Positions 47,754 through 58,570 of a stretch of DNA of 64,000 bases are shown one piece after another; within the stretch, counting starts at the first letter, position 1; every line of letters begins with the position of its first letter. The DNA is from Podarcis muralis (taxonomy: Eukaryota): NCBI RefSeq assembly GCF_964188315.1, contig NC_135656.1:107756001-107820000 (forward strand), read 5' to 3'. Below the pieces are notes generated by a model. The model made no database searches. It worked only from the letters and a program-made list of their open reading frames with translations, and was not told where the DNA came from. The translations under genes and the position numbers were made by a program.

Positions 47754-48087
47754 AAGGTAAAGGTTGACAGACTCTAGGGTTGTGCGCCCATCTCACTCAA
47801 GAGGCCGAGGGCCAGCGCTGTCCGGAGACACTTCCGGGTCACGTGGCCAGCGTGACATCGCTGCTCTGGCGAGCCAGAGCCGCACACGGAAACGCCGTTT
47901 ACCTTCCCTCTAGTAAGCGGTCCCTATTTATCTACTTACACCCGGGGGTGCTTTCGAACTGCTGGGTTGGCAGGCGCTGGGACCGAGCAACGGGAGCGCA
48001 CCCCACCGCGGGGATTCGAACCGCCAACCTTTCGATCAGCAAGCTCTACGCGCTGAGGCTTTTACCCACAGTGCCACCTGCGTCCCC
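47754..48087 (-). mobile_element. Sauria SINE
   Basis: 14-bp TSD gtgaggcacacata. Confidence 0.92.
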
Positions 48088-48483
48088 GTGAGGCACACAT
48101 ATTTGTCTATAACATAGCAACCACATTTATTATAAACTTCCCCTTTTTCAGTTAAGGGCACAGTAGGAGGGTGCTGTTCCCTTGGTCTCTCTCTACTACC
48201 CAACAATTCCCAAAAGAGATTTTTTTTAAAAAAAAAGCTGTTCTGCTAACCAGCACGAAGAGGACAGCTCTCTTTGCTGACCTTGGGGTTCTTTCAGCAA
48301 ACAAGCTGCAGTCATTCACCTTCCGGACCCTGGCTTTGAACACGTTCTGTGTTTTCTAGGAAAATGTGAGTTGCTGTTTGTTTTTGGGTTCCCTCCCCCG
48401 GACGCCCCAGTTCTTTCACACATCTGCCTCAAGGACAGAGAAACCAGCCAGGCTGGATCCATAAAAGACTGTAGGTGAGGCTA

Positions 48484-48822
48484 AGGTAAAGGTAAAGGGA
48501 CCCCTGACCATTAGGTCCAGTCGTGGCCGACTCTGGGGTTGCGGCACTCATCTCGCCTTATTGGCTTCCAGGTCATGTGGCCAGCATGACTAAGCCGCTT
48601 CTGGCGAACCAGAGCAGCGCACGGAAACACCGTTTACCTTCCCGCCGGAGCAGTACCTATTTATCTACTTGCATTTTGATGTGCTTTCGAACTGCTAGGT
48701 GGGCAGGAGCTGGGACCGAGCAATGGGAGCTCACCCTGTCATGGGGATTCGAACAGCCAACCTTCTGATCGGCAAGTCCTAGGCTCTGTGGTTTAACCCA
48801 CAGCGCCACCCGCATCCCTGTT
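48484..48822 (-). mobile_element. Sauria SINE
   Basis: 10-bp TSD ggtgaggcta. Confidence 0.92.
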
Positions 48823-50143
48823 GGTGAGGCTACCCAACTCTTAATCACCTGACATCAGACATCATGGTGGTGGATGTGAAGTGTTTTCCTTTGCCTGCAA
48901 CCACATGTCTTCTACGCAGACTCCCAATATTAAGTCCAAAAGGATTTCAGGATCTTTCTGCTAGAGTTATGGCATGAATATGTGTTAACCTTTTCCCCCG
49001 TAAGAAAACTCATACACAAGAGGAGCAAAGAAAGGCTGGTTTATTGCATGAAACGAAAGTTTCAGAATATATGGATGCCGCTTCAGACAGCAAAATTACC
49101 CTATAGGCAGGCAACAGCTCTTGCCACACCAACACACCTTGATTTAAAGAGTAAAAGAATCCCTAACTATTCCCAAAAGTCTGCAGAAAGTGTGTGTGAC
49201 AATATTGCCACAGAACTGACCCTGAAAGTAAAGTAAGAAAGGGAAGAAGAGAGGCATCTGTGTCCTGAAGCAAAGCACGTTTTGGTTCCTTGAGGGTGTA
49301 GAGTTTATTACTGGAGTTTGGAGAGCTAGCTAACCATTGAAAATCAAGTGGCTTTGTACTCATTTTAGCCAATGCATCCCAAAGGAGAGGAAAGAGGTTG
49401 AGCAATTTCTTATAACACCGACGTGGATTTGTTCTATTGTCTCTTTCCCACAAGTTCCTGTCTGTTTCCTATGTCATTTACTTTGTTCTGTTGGTTGGTG
49501 AACCACTATAACCCTAGTGAGAAATGGCTAAACTGGTGATCTTTATTTCCTGAAGCCTGAAGGTTATCTTACTGTGAAAGAGGCATGGCATTGTGGTATG
49601 TATTATGATTATTATTTGGGGGGAACAGGTGGAAGGATGAAGTTGTTAGCTTTGAACTACAGGAATCAAACTGTCACTCATCAGGCACAAAGCAAAAGTA
49701 ACTTAAACTTTGCTAATATCAAAAGGAAATGTATATTAGATGTTTCAGGAATCTACATCTGCCAAAGATATTGAAACCCACTTCTCAAAATGGCAGAACA
49801 GTTACTTTGCTAGAAGTTCAAAATTTCGCAGACACATTAAAAGGTGTGTTTTCAATTGGTTGTGAGCGTGTTAAGATCACAGGAAGCAGTGGGTCTTTAT
49901 CAGCATGGAAGTCCCAGAATATCTTGTCAGGTTGTCTTCTAGGTCACTTGGTAATGATGCTTTATAATTGAGGGACACAAAGTCAAGCAACACCTGTTGA
50001 AAAGATGAGTGTGGTTTGGTCAGAATGCAAATATAGGCATGAATGAGAGAAATGCGTTTAGCCAAAATAATGTTTGCGTTAGGCAAAACTTCAGACGAAA
50101 AAAAAAAGTGTAATAGAATAAATTAGCACTATAATGCTGATGA

Positions 50144-50507
50144 GGGACGCGGGTGGCGGTGTGGGTAAAACCTCAGTGCCTAGGACTTGCTGATTGTGAG
50201 GTCGGCGGTTCGAATCCTCGCGGCGGGGTGAGCTCCCGTCGTTCGGTCCCAGCTCCTGCCCACCTAGCAGTTCGAAAGCACCCCTAAGTGCAAGTAGATA
50301 AATAGGTACCACTTTATAGCGGGAAGGTAAACGGCGTTTCCGTGTGCGGCGCTGGTGCTGGCTCGCCAGATGCAGCTTCGTCACGCTGGCCACGTGCCCC
50401 GGAAGTGTCTTCGGACAGCGCCGGCTCCCGGCCTCTTGAGCGAGATGAGCGCGCAACCCTAGAGTCGGTCACGACTGGCCCAGATGGGCAGGAATACCTT
50501 TACCTTT
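50144..50507 (+). mobile_element. Sauria SINE
   Basis: Full length; imperfect TSD tataat...gatga. Confidence 0.9.
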
Positions 50508-50541
50508 ATAATTTGGATGAATTTTCATGAGGACATACATA

Positions 50542-52332
50542 CCGTATTTTTCGCTCTATAACACGCAGTTTTTTCCTCCTGGAAAGTGAGGGGAAATGTC
50601 TGTGCGTGTTATGGAGCGAATGCCTACAGATGGCAGGGGAATCCGCTGCAGTTGTGAGCAGTCTGTGGCTCTCTTTCAAACTGCAAAGCGGGTGTAAGCG
50701 GCTCCTGTCAGCGAGCGGAGCCGGGGAGGAGGGAGAGAAGCAGATCGGGGTTGGTTGCTTTAAAACAGCCCCGTGCTCTATGTCCCTCTCTCTTCTCCAG
50801 TGAGCTGCTAAGTAGCAGCAAAGCTTTTCAGCCAGCCTAGCCGGGGAGGAGGGAGAGAAGCAGATCGGGGTTGGTTGCTTTAAAACAGCCCCGTGCTCTA
50901 TGTCCCTCTCTCTTCTCCAGTGAGCTGCTAAGTAGCAGCAAAGCTTTTCAGCCAGCCTAGCCGGGAGGAGGGAGAGAAGCAGATCGGGGTTGGTTGCTTT
51001 AAAACAGCCCCGTGCTCTATGTCCCTCTCTCTTCTCCAGTGAGCTGCTAAGTAGCAGCAAAGCTTTTCAGCCAGCCTAGCCGGGAGGGAGAGAAGCAGAT
51101 TGGGGTTGGTTGCTTTAAAACAGCCCCGTGCTCTCTGTCCCTCTCTCTTCTCCAGTGAGCTGCTAAGTAGCAGCAAAGCTTTTCAGCCAGCCTAGCCGGG
51201 AGGAGGGAGAGAAGCAGATCGGGGTTGGTTGCTTTAAAACAGCCCCGTGCTCTATGTCCCTGCCTGCAGTTTTTTGCTGTCCGATTTTGGATCAGCCACT
51301 GTAGGGGCTGTGTGTGTGTGTGTGCTTGAGCTATCGTTCTCCTCCTCCTCCTTCCTGTTCACTCTCACAGCGCCCCAGCGCTCTCCTGCGACTTTAGGAT
51401 TGATACTCTGTGTGTCTGTGTGTGTGTGAGGCATCCTTCTCCCCTTGCTTCCCGTTCACTCTCCCAGCGCCCCTGCGCTCTCCTGCGACTTTAGGATTGA
51501 TACTGTGTGTGTGTGTGAGGGGGGGGGATCGTTCTCCTTCTCTTGCTTCCCACTCCCAGTGCCCCTGCCTCTCCTGCGACTTTAGGGTTGATACTGTGTG
51601 TGTGTGAGGGGGGGGGATCGTTCTCCTTCTCTTGCTTCCCACTCCCAGTGCCCCTGCCTCTCCTGCGACTTTAGGATTGATACTGTGTGTGTGTGAGGGG
51701 GGGGGATCGTTCTCCTTCTCTTGCTTCCCACTCCCAGTGCCCCTGCCTCTCCTGCGACTTTAGGATTGATACTGTGTGTGTGTGAGGGGGGGGGATCGTT
51801 CTCCTTCTCTTGCTTCCCACTCCCAGTGCCCCTGCCTCTCCTGCGACTTTAGGATTGATACTGTGTGTGTGAGAGAGGGGGGGGGGATCGTTCTCCTTCT
51901 CTTGCTTCCCACTCCCAGTGCCCCTGCCTCTCCTGCGACTTTAGGATTGATACTGTGTGTGTGAGAGAGGGGGGGGTCGTTCTCCTTCTCTTGCTTCCCA
52001 CTCCCAGTGCCCCTGCCTCTCCTGCGACTTTAGGATTGATACTCTGTGTGTCTCTGTGTGTGAGAGGGCTTGTTCGCCTCCTCCTGCTTCCTGTTCACTC
52101 CCCCAGCGCCCCTGCGACTTTAGGGCGACTTTAGCATGGATCCACATGGATCCTCAGGATTTTTGCATTGGGCTACCCCAAACTCACCGTCAGATCACAT
52201 GTCTGTGGCCACAGCATGAACCACAAAAATCATACATCCACTGTTTTGTTTAGAATATTTTTTTCTTGTTTTCCTCCTCTAAAAACTACGTGCGTGTTAT
52301 GGTCTGGTGCGTGTTATAGAGCGAAAAATACG

Positions 52333-52333
<1 letters not shown>
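50542..52333. mobile_element. non-autonomous Tc1/mariner (pogo/Tigger-like) element with two minisatellites (~120-bp x ~4.5, 50719..51260; ~89-bp x ~8, 51360..52130)
   Basis: Perfect 26-bp TIR ccgtatttttcgctctataacacgca; tandem units read directly. Confidence 0.85.
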
Positions 52334-52363
<30 letters not shown>

Positions 52364-52367
<4 letters not shown>

Positions 52368-52971
52368 GGTTTTGGTGTCCTCGGGTATCTTCCCGTGTAA
52401 AAGTTGGGGTGTCTAGGCGACGTTTCGACGAGGTCTCACTCGTCATCTTCAGGCAGGTGCTTTCGGCTTCTTGTTACTGGAACAGAGCAGGATCTCAGTG
52501 TTTGAGTTCCTATAAATACTGTTGAGGAGGTGTGGCCTCCAATGTTTTGGGCAGAGAGGAAGTTCCTAGGCTAGTGTGCCTTTTCTTCTTTTGTTCCTTA
52601 ATTGCTTGAGGGATATCTTGAGTGATTTCTTGAGTGATATCCTGAGTACCACTTAGGTACTTAGGATATCACTCAAGAAATCACTCAAGATATCCCTCAA
52701 GCAATTAAGGAACAAAAGAAGAAAAGGCACACTAGCCTAGGAACTTCCTCTCTGCCCAAAACATTGGAGGCCACACCTCCTCAACAGTATTTATAGGAAC
52801 TCAAACACTGAGATCCTGCTCTGTTCCAGTAACAAGAAGCCGAAAGCACCTGCCTGAAGATGACGAGTGAGACCTCGTCGAAACGTCGCCTAGACACCCC
52901 AACTTTTACACGGGAAGATACCCGAGGACACCAAAACCTGCATTCCTGTACCCGTGAAAATCTACGAAAGC
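52364..52971. mobile_element. Penelope-like element terminal repeats in inverted arrangement
   Basis: 287-bp arms 52364..52650 and 52656..52942 with 5-nt spacer; flanked by (TA)n; contains the PLE-type ctgaagatg...gaaacgtc motif. Confidence 0.75.
52852..52889 (+). ncRNA. minimal hammerhead-ribozyme motif (mirror copy on - strand at 52417..52454)
   Basis: GC CUGAAGA U GACGAG-ugagac-CUCGUC GAAAC GUC GC: conserved core, 6-bp stem II, palindromic ACGU stem III; stem I only ~2 bp. Confidence 0.6.
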
Positions 52972-53019
52972 AAATATATATATATATATATATATTGCAA
53001 ATTGATGTGTAAATGTATG

Positions 53020-53400
53020 GTAAAGGCAAAGGTAAAGGACCCCTGGATGGTTAAGTCCTGTCGAATCAGACTATGGGGTGTGGCGCTCATCTCCGCTTTC
53101 AGGCCAAGGGAACTGGCATTTGTCTGCAGACCTCTTTTCTGGATCCTGTGGCCAGCAGGACTAAACTACTTCTGATGCAACAGGACACCGTGACGGAAAG
53201 CAGAGTGCACAGAAACGCTGTTTACCTTCTTGCCACAGTGGTACCTATTTATCTACTTGCACTAGCATGCTTTCGAACTACTAGGTTGGCAGGAGCTGGG
53301 ACAGAGCAACGGGAGCTCAATTCGTCATGGGGATTCAAACTGCCGAACCTCTGATCAGCAAACCCAAGAGGCTTGGTGGTTTAGACCACAGAGCCACCCA
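53020..53400 (-). mobile_element. older Sauria SINE
   Basis: Diverged family match. Confidence 0.8.
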
Positions 53401-53755
53401 CATCTCAGCATGTGGAAATGTGGAGAGCTGAGGAAGAGGGTAACAGGAGAAAGCACTCGCCTACTTCAGCTCCCTTTGGGCTGCAGCACAAAGCCTTCCT
53501 GGTGTGGGGAAATGGACAGATGTTCATGTTTGCATTTAAAACATGGTTCCAGGCACAGGTTGCAGAAGGAAGCCATTTTAACTGTGGGCCATGCAAACCA
53601 TTAAGCCGGATGACAGAGAGGGGAGAAAATGTCCTCCTCTCAACTGCTCAGTGTGGTCTACCCATTCATTCTCTGTTCATCCATTCATCTTTCTATACTC
53701 CCCAGCTCCAACATATTTCCTCTGTAGTCCTATTGACCTTTCATGGAGATGCCCT

Positions 53756-56700
53756 CTATTGAGTTGTGGATTCCTTTTCGCCGTCCTCCTCCTTCTTGTG
53801 TGAAGCAGCAGAATCCTCTTTCAATTTGTCTGTAGAAGAAGGGGAAGCAGAAAGAAAGAAAGCCAGAGAAAAGTTTGAATCTGGAAATGAGATGTTGAAG
53901 ACTCTGGAACAAGGGTCGTCGACCTATTTAGGCATATATCCACATCTGGATTTTTGAGTGAATGCCATGGCCAGTACCCCAGCTCTGGTTTCTTCTCATA
54001 GAAGTGAGAGAGGAAGTGGGAAAGAGTCTCAATCCACCAGCTTCCTCCTTCAGTTCTTGGCTTTTCACAGGACAATAGGTAACCTCACTTACCATCTTAT
54101 GGCCAAAGGATGGAGGGGTAGAGAGTACAGCCATGGGCACCCACGCCATTGCACCCATGGTCATCACATTGGCAATCCCTGTTCTAGAAGCCCAGGGCCA
54201 GTAGCATCTCCTTTCAGCTGTAGGTGATGCCAGTTACAGTACAGTCATCAGAAGCATTTGTCTTATGATGTCTTAGCCCCCACCGCAGTCCACTCACACC
54301 CATACTGCAGGCAAAGAACAGAGCTCACTTATCAGTGTATTGAAGAAAGTGCAGTGTTGCACAGGTGAGCTGTCCACAACCTGGGTTGGCTCAGTGCTTA
54401 GGTGGAAGAAGTTCTGCTGTGTGGCATTATAGAGCGGCCACTCTACCTCACCGGCAGCTGACCCCGTTGGTTTCCTGCAGAGGATGTAAAACAAATATAT
54501 AGCTCTAAACACCAATATACTGCTCTCCATCTTCCATCCGGGCAAAAGGCATTGTAAGAGTTTGGGGATATATCACAGTCAGGCAAAAAAGACACTTGAG
54601 GAGCGAAACAGAGCCAGTGAGAGCTGGAGAATTCTGAAGGCCACATTTGGACCTCGTCAGATTTGCAGATGACACCAAACTGGGGGGGTTAGCTAATGCC
54701 ACAGAAGACATGATCAGAATTCAAAATGACCTTGACAGATTGGAGAACTGGGCCCAAGCTAACAAAATGAATTTCAACAGGGACAAATGTAAGGTTCCTG
54801 CACTTAGTCAGGAAGAACCAGATGCGCAAATATAAGATGGGGGACACCTGGCTTACTAGCAGTGCATGTGAAAAGGATCTAGGGGTCTTAGTGGACCGCG
54901 AGCTCAACATGAGTCAACAGCAGCACACAAAGAAAGGCTAATGCTATTCTAGGCTACATAAACAGAAGTATAGCGTCCAGCTCAAGGGAAGAAATAGTAC
55001 CAATAGTATCTTAGTGAGACCACACCTGGGATACTGTGTCTAATTCTGGGCACCACAGTTTAAGAAGTTGGGGTGTGTGCAGAGGAGGGCAACCAAGATG
55101 ATCAAGGGTTAGGAAGCCAAGTTTTATGAGGACCAGTTGAAGGAGCTGGGTATGTTTAGCCTAGAAAAGAGGAGACTGAGAGGAGAGATGATAGCAAGCT
55201 CTCTTTTTTTCTTTCTTTTTTCTTTTGTTATTGATACACCAAAAAAGAAAAAAGAAAACCAAGACAAGAAATACAAACCAAACCATGATATAGACAATAT
55301 TAGTTACAAATCAATAAAACAAAAAGCGGTCCTTTGACTATAGACCCGACCTCCCGTCCATTCCTTATTTCAATTATCTATTATTTGTTGCCAATACATG
55401 TTTATGTCTTAAATTAACTAATTATTGATTTATCTAAGATTTCAGATCTTTCTTAAATCTACTACTAAAGTTATTCAAACGCTGCAATAGAGTTTAAACT
55501 ACGCTGTAATTGTTAAACTACTGTAATTGTTTTTCAAATAAACTTTAAAGACTTCTCATTTTGAGATGAAGATAGCAAGCTCTTGTAAAGCGAGGCAGGG
55601 CTGGCTCAGGGAGAGTGGTGGGAGATGTGCCCCCCCCCCCAAAAAAATGTGCCTGAAGCGATTGTGGTTCGAGGACCCGATCCCCCCCAAAGTGGAATGA
55701 ATACGCAAGGACACGTGATATAAGGTTAATGGGCAAGGAAAGGCCACAACTTTATTGATTACAGCAAGTGAAAAGGTATTGGCTTAGGCATTGTATTACG
55801 TCAGCTGACTCCACCCCCTCAGAGAGGGGTGAGTCTGAAACCAGGGGGGTTTATTTACCAGTAGGTGGAGCCTGTTGATGCTAATCCAACTATAGGCTCT
55901 CCCCTGATGTCACCGAGGGTCGTGCCATGGCCTCCAGCCAAGCAGGCATGGGACAGAATACACGACCGCCAGATTCCTTTAACGGAATACCCAAAAATTG
56001 AAGGCATAGGCGATGGCCACACCTAGCCCTTCGACACCACAACACATTATTCCAATGCCTAACCTACCCACCAATACCACGAAAGTTGTGACGATTGCTA
56101 CGAGGTAGGCGAAAAAACCAAAAAGCCTAATGCCAAATGGAAAAATTCCTACCAGGCCCCCCGGACAACCAGGGTGACCAACCTAAGGTCCATAGCAAGG
56201 CCAAAGAAAACTAAGACCCTGAGCTCAAAGGGAGTGGAGGGTGGGTGAATCGCGATGGGACGACGAAGAGTGAGGCCGAGGAGGGGCTGGCGCCGCCGTA
56301 TTAAGGCTGCTGTACACGCCCCCTCGGAGGCACCCGGTTGGGTGCCTGCCGATGGGCGTGGGTGCCAGCCAGGTGAGTGGGAGGCAGGGGGCTAACGCCC
56401 CCTGCTAGAGGCGGGGCTCGGGCTCCCGCCCACAACCACTCCCCTCCCTTCAGGAGGAGAGCCCTTGCCCCAGCAACCACCACCACACACACACACAACC
56501 ACATACAACATCTCTGCTTGGGAGGTTCTGGTCTCTCTTTCCTTGGAGGTCGCTAAACAGTGGTTGAATGGCCATCTGTCATGGATACTTTAGCTGAGAT
56601 TCCTGCATTGCAGGGCGTTGAACTAAATGACCCTTAGGGTCGCTTCCAACTCTACAGTTCTATGATTCTATGATCTCATTGTACACCTCCCCAACCTGGT

Positions 56701-58358
56701 GATCTCCAAATGTTCTCAGTTACAACTCCCACTGGCTCCATGTTCAATAGGCATAATAGGAATGGCAGTCAAAAACATATTGGAGGGTATCAGGCTGGGG
56801 AAGGTAGCTATAAGGGTTGAAAGGGCCTTCTGTATAAAGGTGAAGGACAAGCGAGGATGCCTTACCCACTTCTGGAAAACTCTGCCCAGTATCGCATCAC
56901 CCTGCGGCTCAGATCAGCCTCAGCTTCTGTGTAAGTTTGATTGGCGGCCACAGCTTTCTCGAGGGTTCCAAACAAATAAGGCAGCTCAGCATCATGGGGT
57001 GCCCCAACCCACTCAGGCCAAAAAGAGCCTGAGGTGTGGTGCTTGAAGTAGTAAGCATACACAGGGCTCCCAACTTCTCCCAGCTTCTTAGAGAATTCAT
57101 CCATTGGGCACGAAAAGAAGTAATCGCGAAAGGACTGTGACAAGGCCCTGTGGTACTGAACTGGATCCTGGCCTTCCTTGCTGTACTCCAGTGCCACAGC
57201 CTGGACATCTTCTTCCATTGCATTTCGTATTGCCATCCGTATCCCTTTCAGAAGTAGCTCGTGAGTGAACTGGTGGCGCTCGATGCCAGGAAAACTAAAC
57301 GGCATAAAGGTGTTCCCTTCGTCGGAGGTAAAACCAATGAGAACTGGCTTGATCTTGATGTGCCCAGGCTCCAGAAGTTTCTGAGGGTCATCAGGCAGGA
57401 AATCTCCATCTGTTGTTGGTATCACAGGAAGATCGATAAGATATTTGCTTTTCTCAAAGAAGAGCATTTCCTGTGGAGAGAATTCTGCGGCATCTTTCGC
57501 CTGTAGGCAACTCAGCACAGCACTGTCATCTCCATCAGTACAGCCCACCAGCTGGGCGATAGTGAGGGATTTTTGCTTGGCTTCCTCAGGACTCCCCCAA
57601 GCCCAGATGGCACTGGGAGATCCACTCTGAATCACAGCTTGGGCAAAAAGGGGCTGGCTGCCTGGTGAAAGGAGGTGGAAACCCACTGCTGCTGCTCCAG
57701 CGCTGTGGCCAAATATGGTCACCCGAGTCGGATCTCCTCCAAAGGCGGCAGCATTCTCATGGACCCATCTCAGAGCCAGCTGTTGGTCTAGCAAGCCCAA
57801 ATTTCCTGGAGCTGCTGGTGGCATGGAGAGGAAGCCTAGTATCCCCAGGCGATAATTCAGGTTGACAACTATCACTCTCTCGGTAGAGGCTAAGGATTCC
57901 CCTTTGTACACGTCCAGGGAAGATGTCCCACTGAAAAATCCCCCTCCATGAATGAAAACAAGGACAGGGGTTGGTGTAGAGGGACGCGGGTGGGGAACCC
58001 AGACGTTGAGAAAGAGGCAGTCTTCTGACAGTGGCGTATTGGGTGCCCACACGTCTGCATCAGGGATGCCAGAAAAAATAGACTGGTGGCAAGAGTTGCC
58101 ATAGCTGGTGGCTTCCAAGACTTGGCTCCATGGCTGATGTGGAAGGGCCTTCTGGAAACGCAATTTCCCCACAGGGGGCTCAGCATAGGGGATACCCAGG
58201 TAAGCCGTCACAGAGCCGGAGCCAGCTGAAACATGCTTGCCCTTGATGGGGCCACTTTTGGTGACCACCACGGTGTCATCGCCAGGGGCAGAGCCAGAGG
58301 CAGGTGAAAAGAGGAGGAGAATGAAGATGTAGGGGAGCGGAGAGAGGATACCAGGCAT
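53756..58358 (-). CDS. Gene E: secreted cholinesterase-like serine hydrolase with intact triad, 570 aa; join(58358..56866, 54474..54329, 53829..53756)
   Basis: FGHSAG (AGC at 57702..57704), GFTSDEGN, HDAELPY, IHGGGF. Exon 3 is visible inside ORF 54294..54545 (KPTGSAAGEVEWPLYNATQQNFFHL); last exon NKLKEDSAASHKKEEDGEKESTTQ* behind a strong pyrimidine tract. The exon 3 donor choice is inferred from phase. Confidence 0.88.
54648..55190 (+). mobile_element. CR1 LINE fragment in intron 2 of E
   Basis: FADDTKLGG...NDLDRLENWA and ELGMFSLEKRRLRG segments. Confidence 0.85.
55203..55570 (-). mobile_element. L1-type 3' UTR fragment
   Basis: T-rich start, 13-bp TSD gatagcaagctct (55190..55202, 55571..55583). 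Confidence 0.7.
55663..56503 (-). mobile_element. CpG-rich LTR- or DIRS-like terminal repeat, unclassified
   Basis: tgtggtt...aaccaca ends, AATAAA on - strand (~55752), no ORF, no TSD found. Confidence 0.35.
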
Positions 58359-58557
58359 TGCAGCAGCTATAAGGAGATTTTAAAAGTTACATTCAATAAA
58401 AGGCAGGTCATTTCTCTCTCAGTGATCCACTGCTCTGGCCTGCTCACATCAAGCCCTGCTCTGCAGTTCTTCCCCAAGGTCCCACAAGGGCAACACAGAT
58501 CATGGACCTTGGGTGCCTTCTGCAAACAAGCCATGATCTCCCTCACTTAGCAACCTG

Positions 58558-58570
58558 GGCTGACTCAGCA
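58558..58570 (+). promoter_or_regulatory. MARE/ARE-like site GGCTGACTCAGCA ~200 bp upstream of the ATG of E
   Basis: 12/13 match to T-MARE TGCTGACTCAGCA, with exact TGACTCAGCA core; motif only. Confidence 0.3.
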
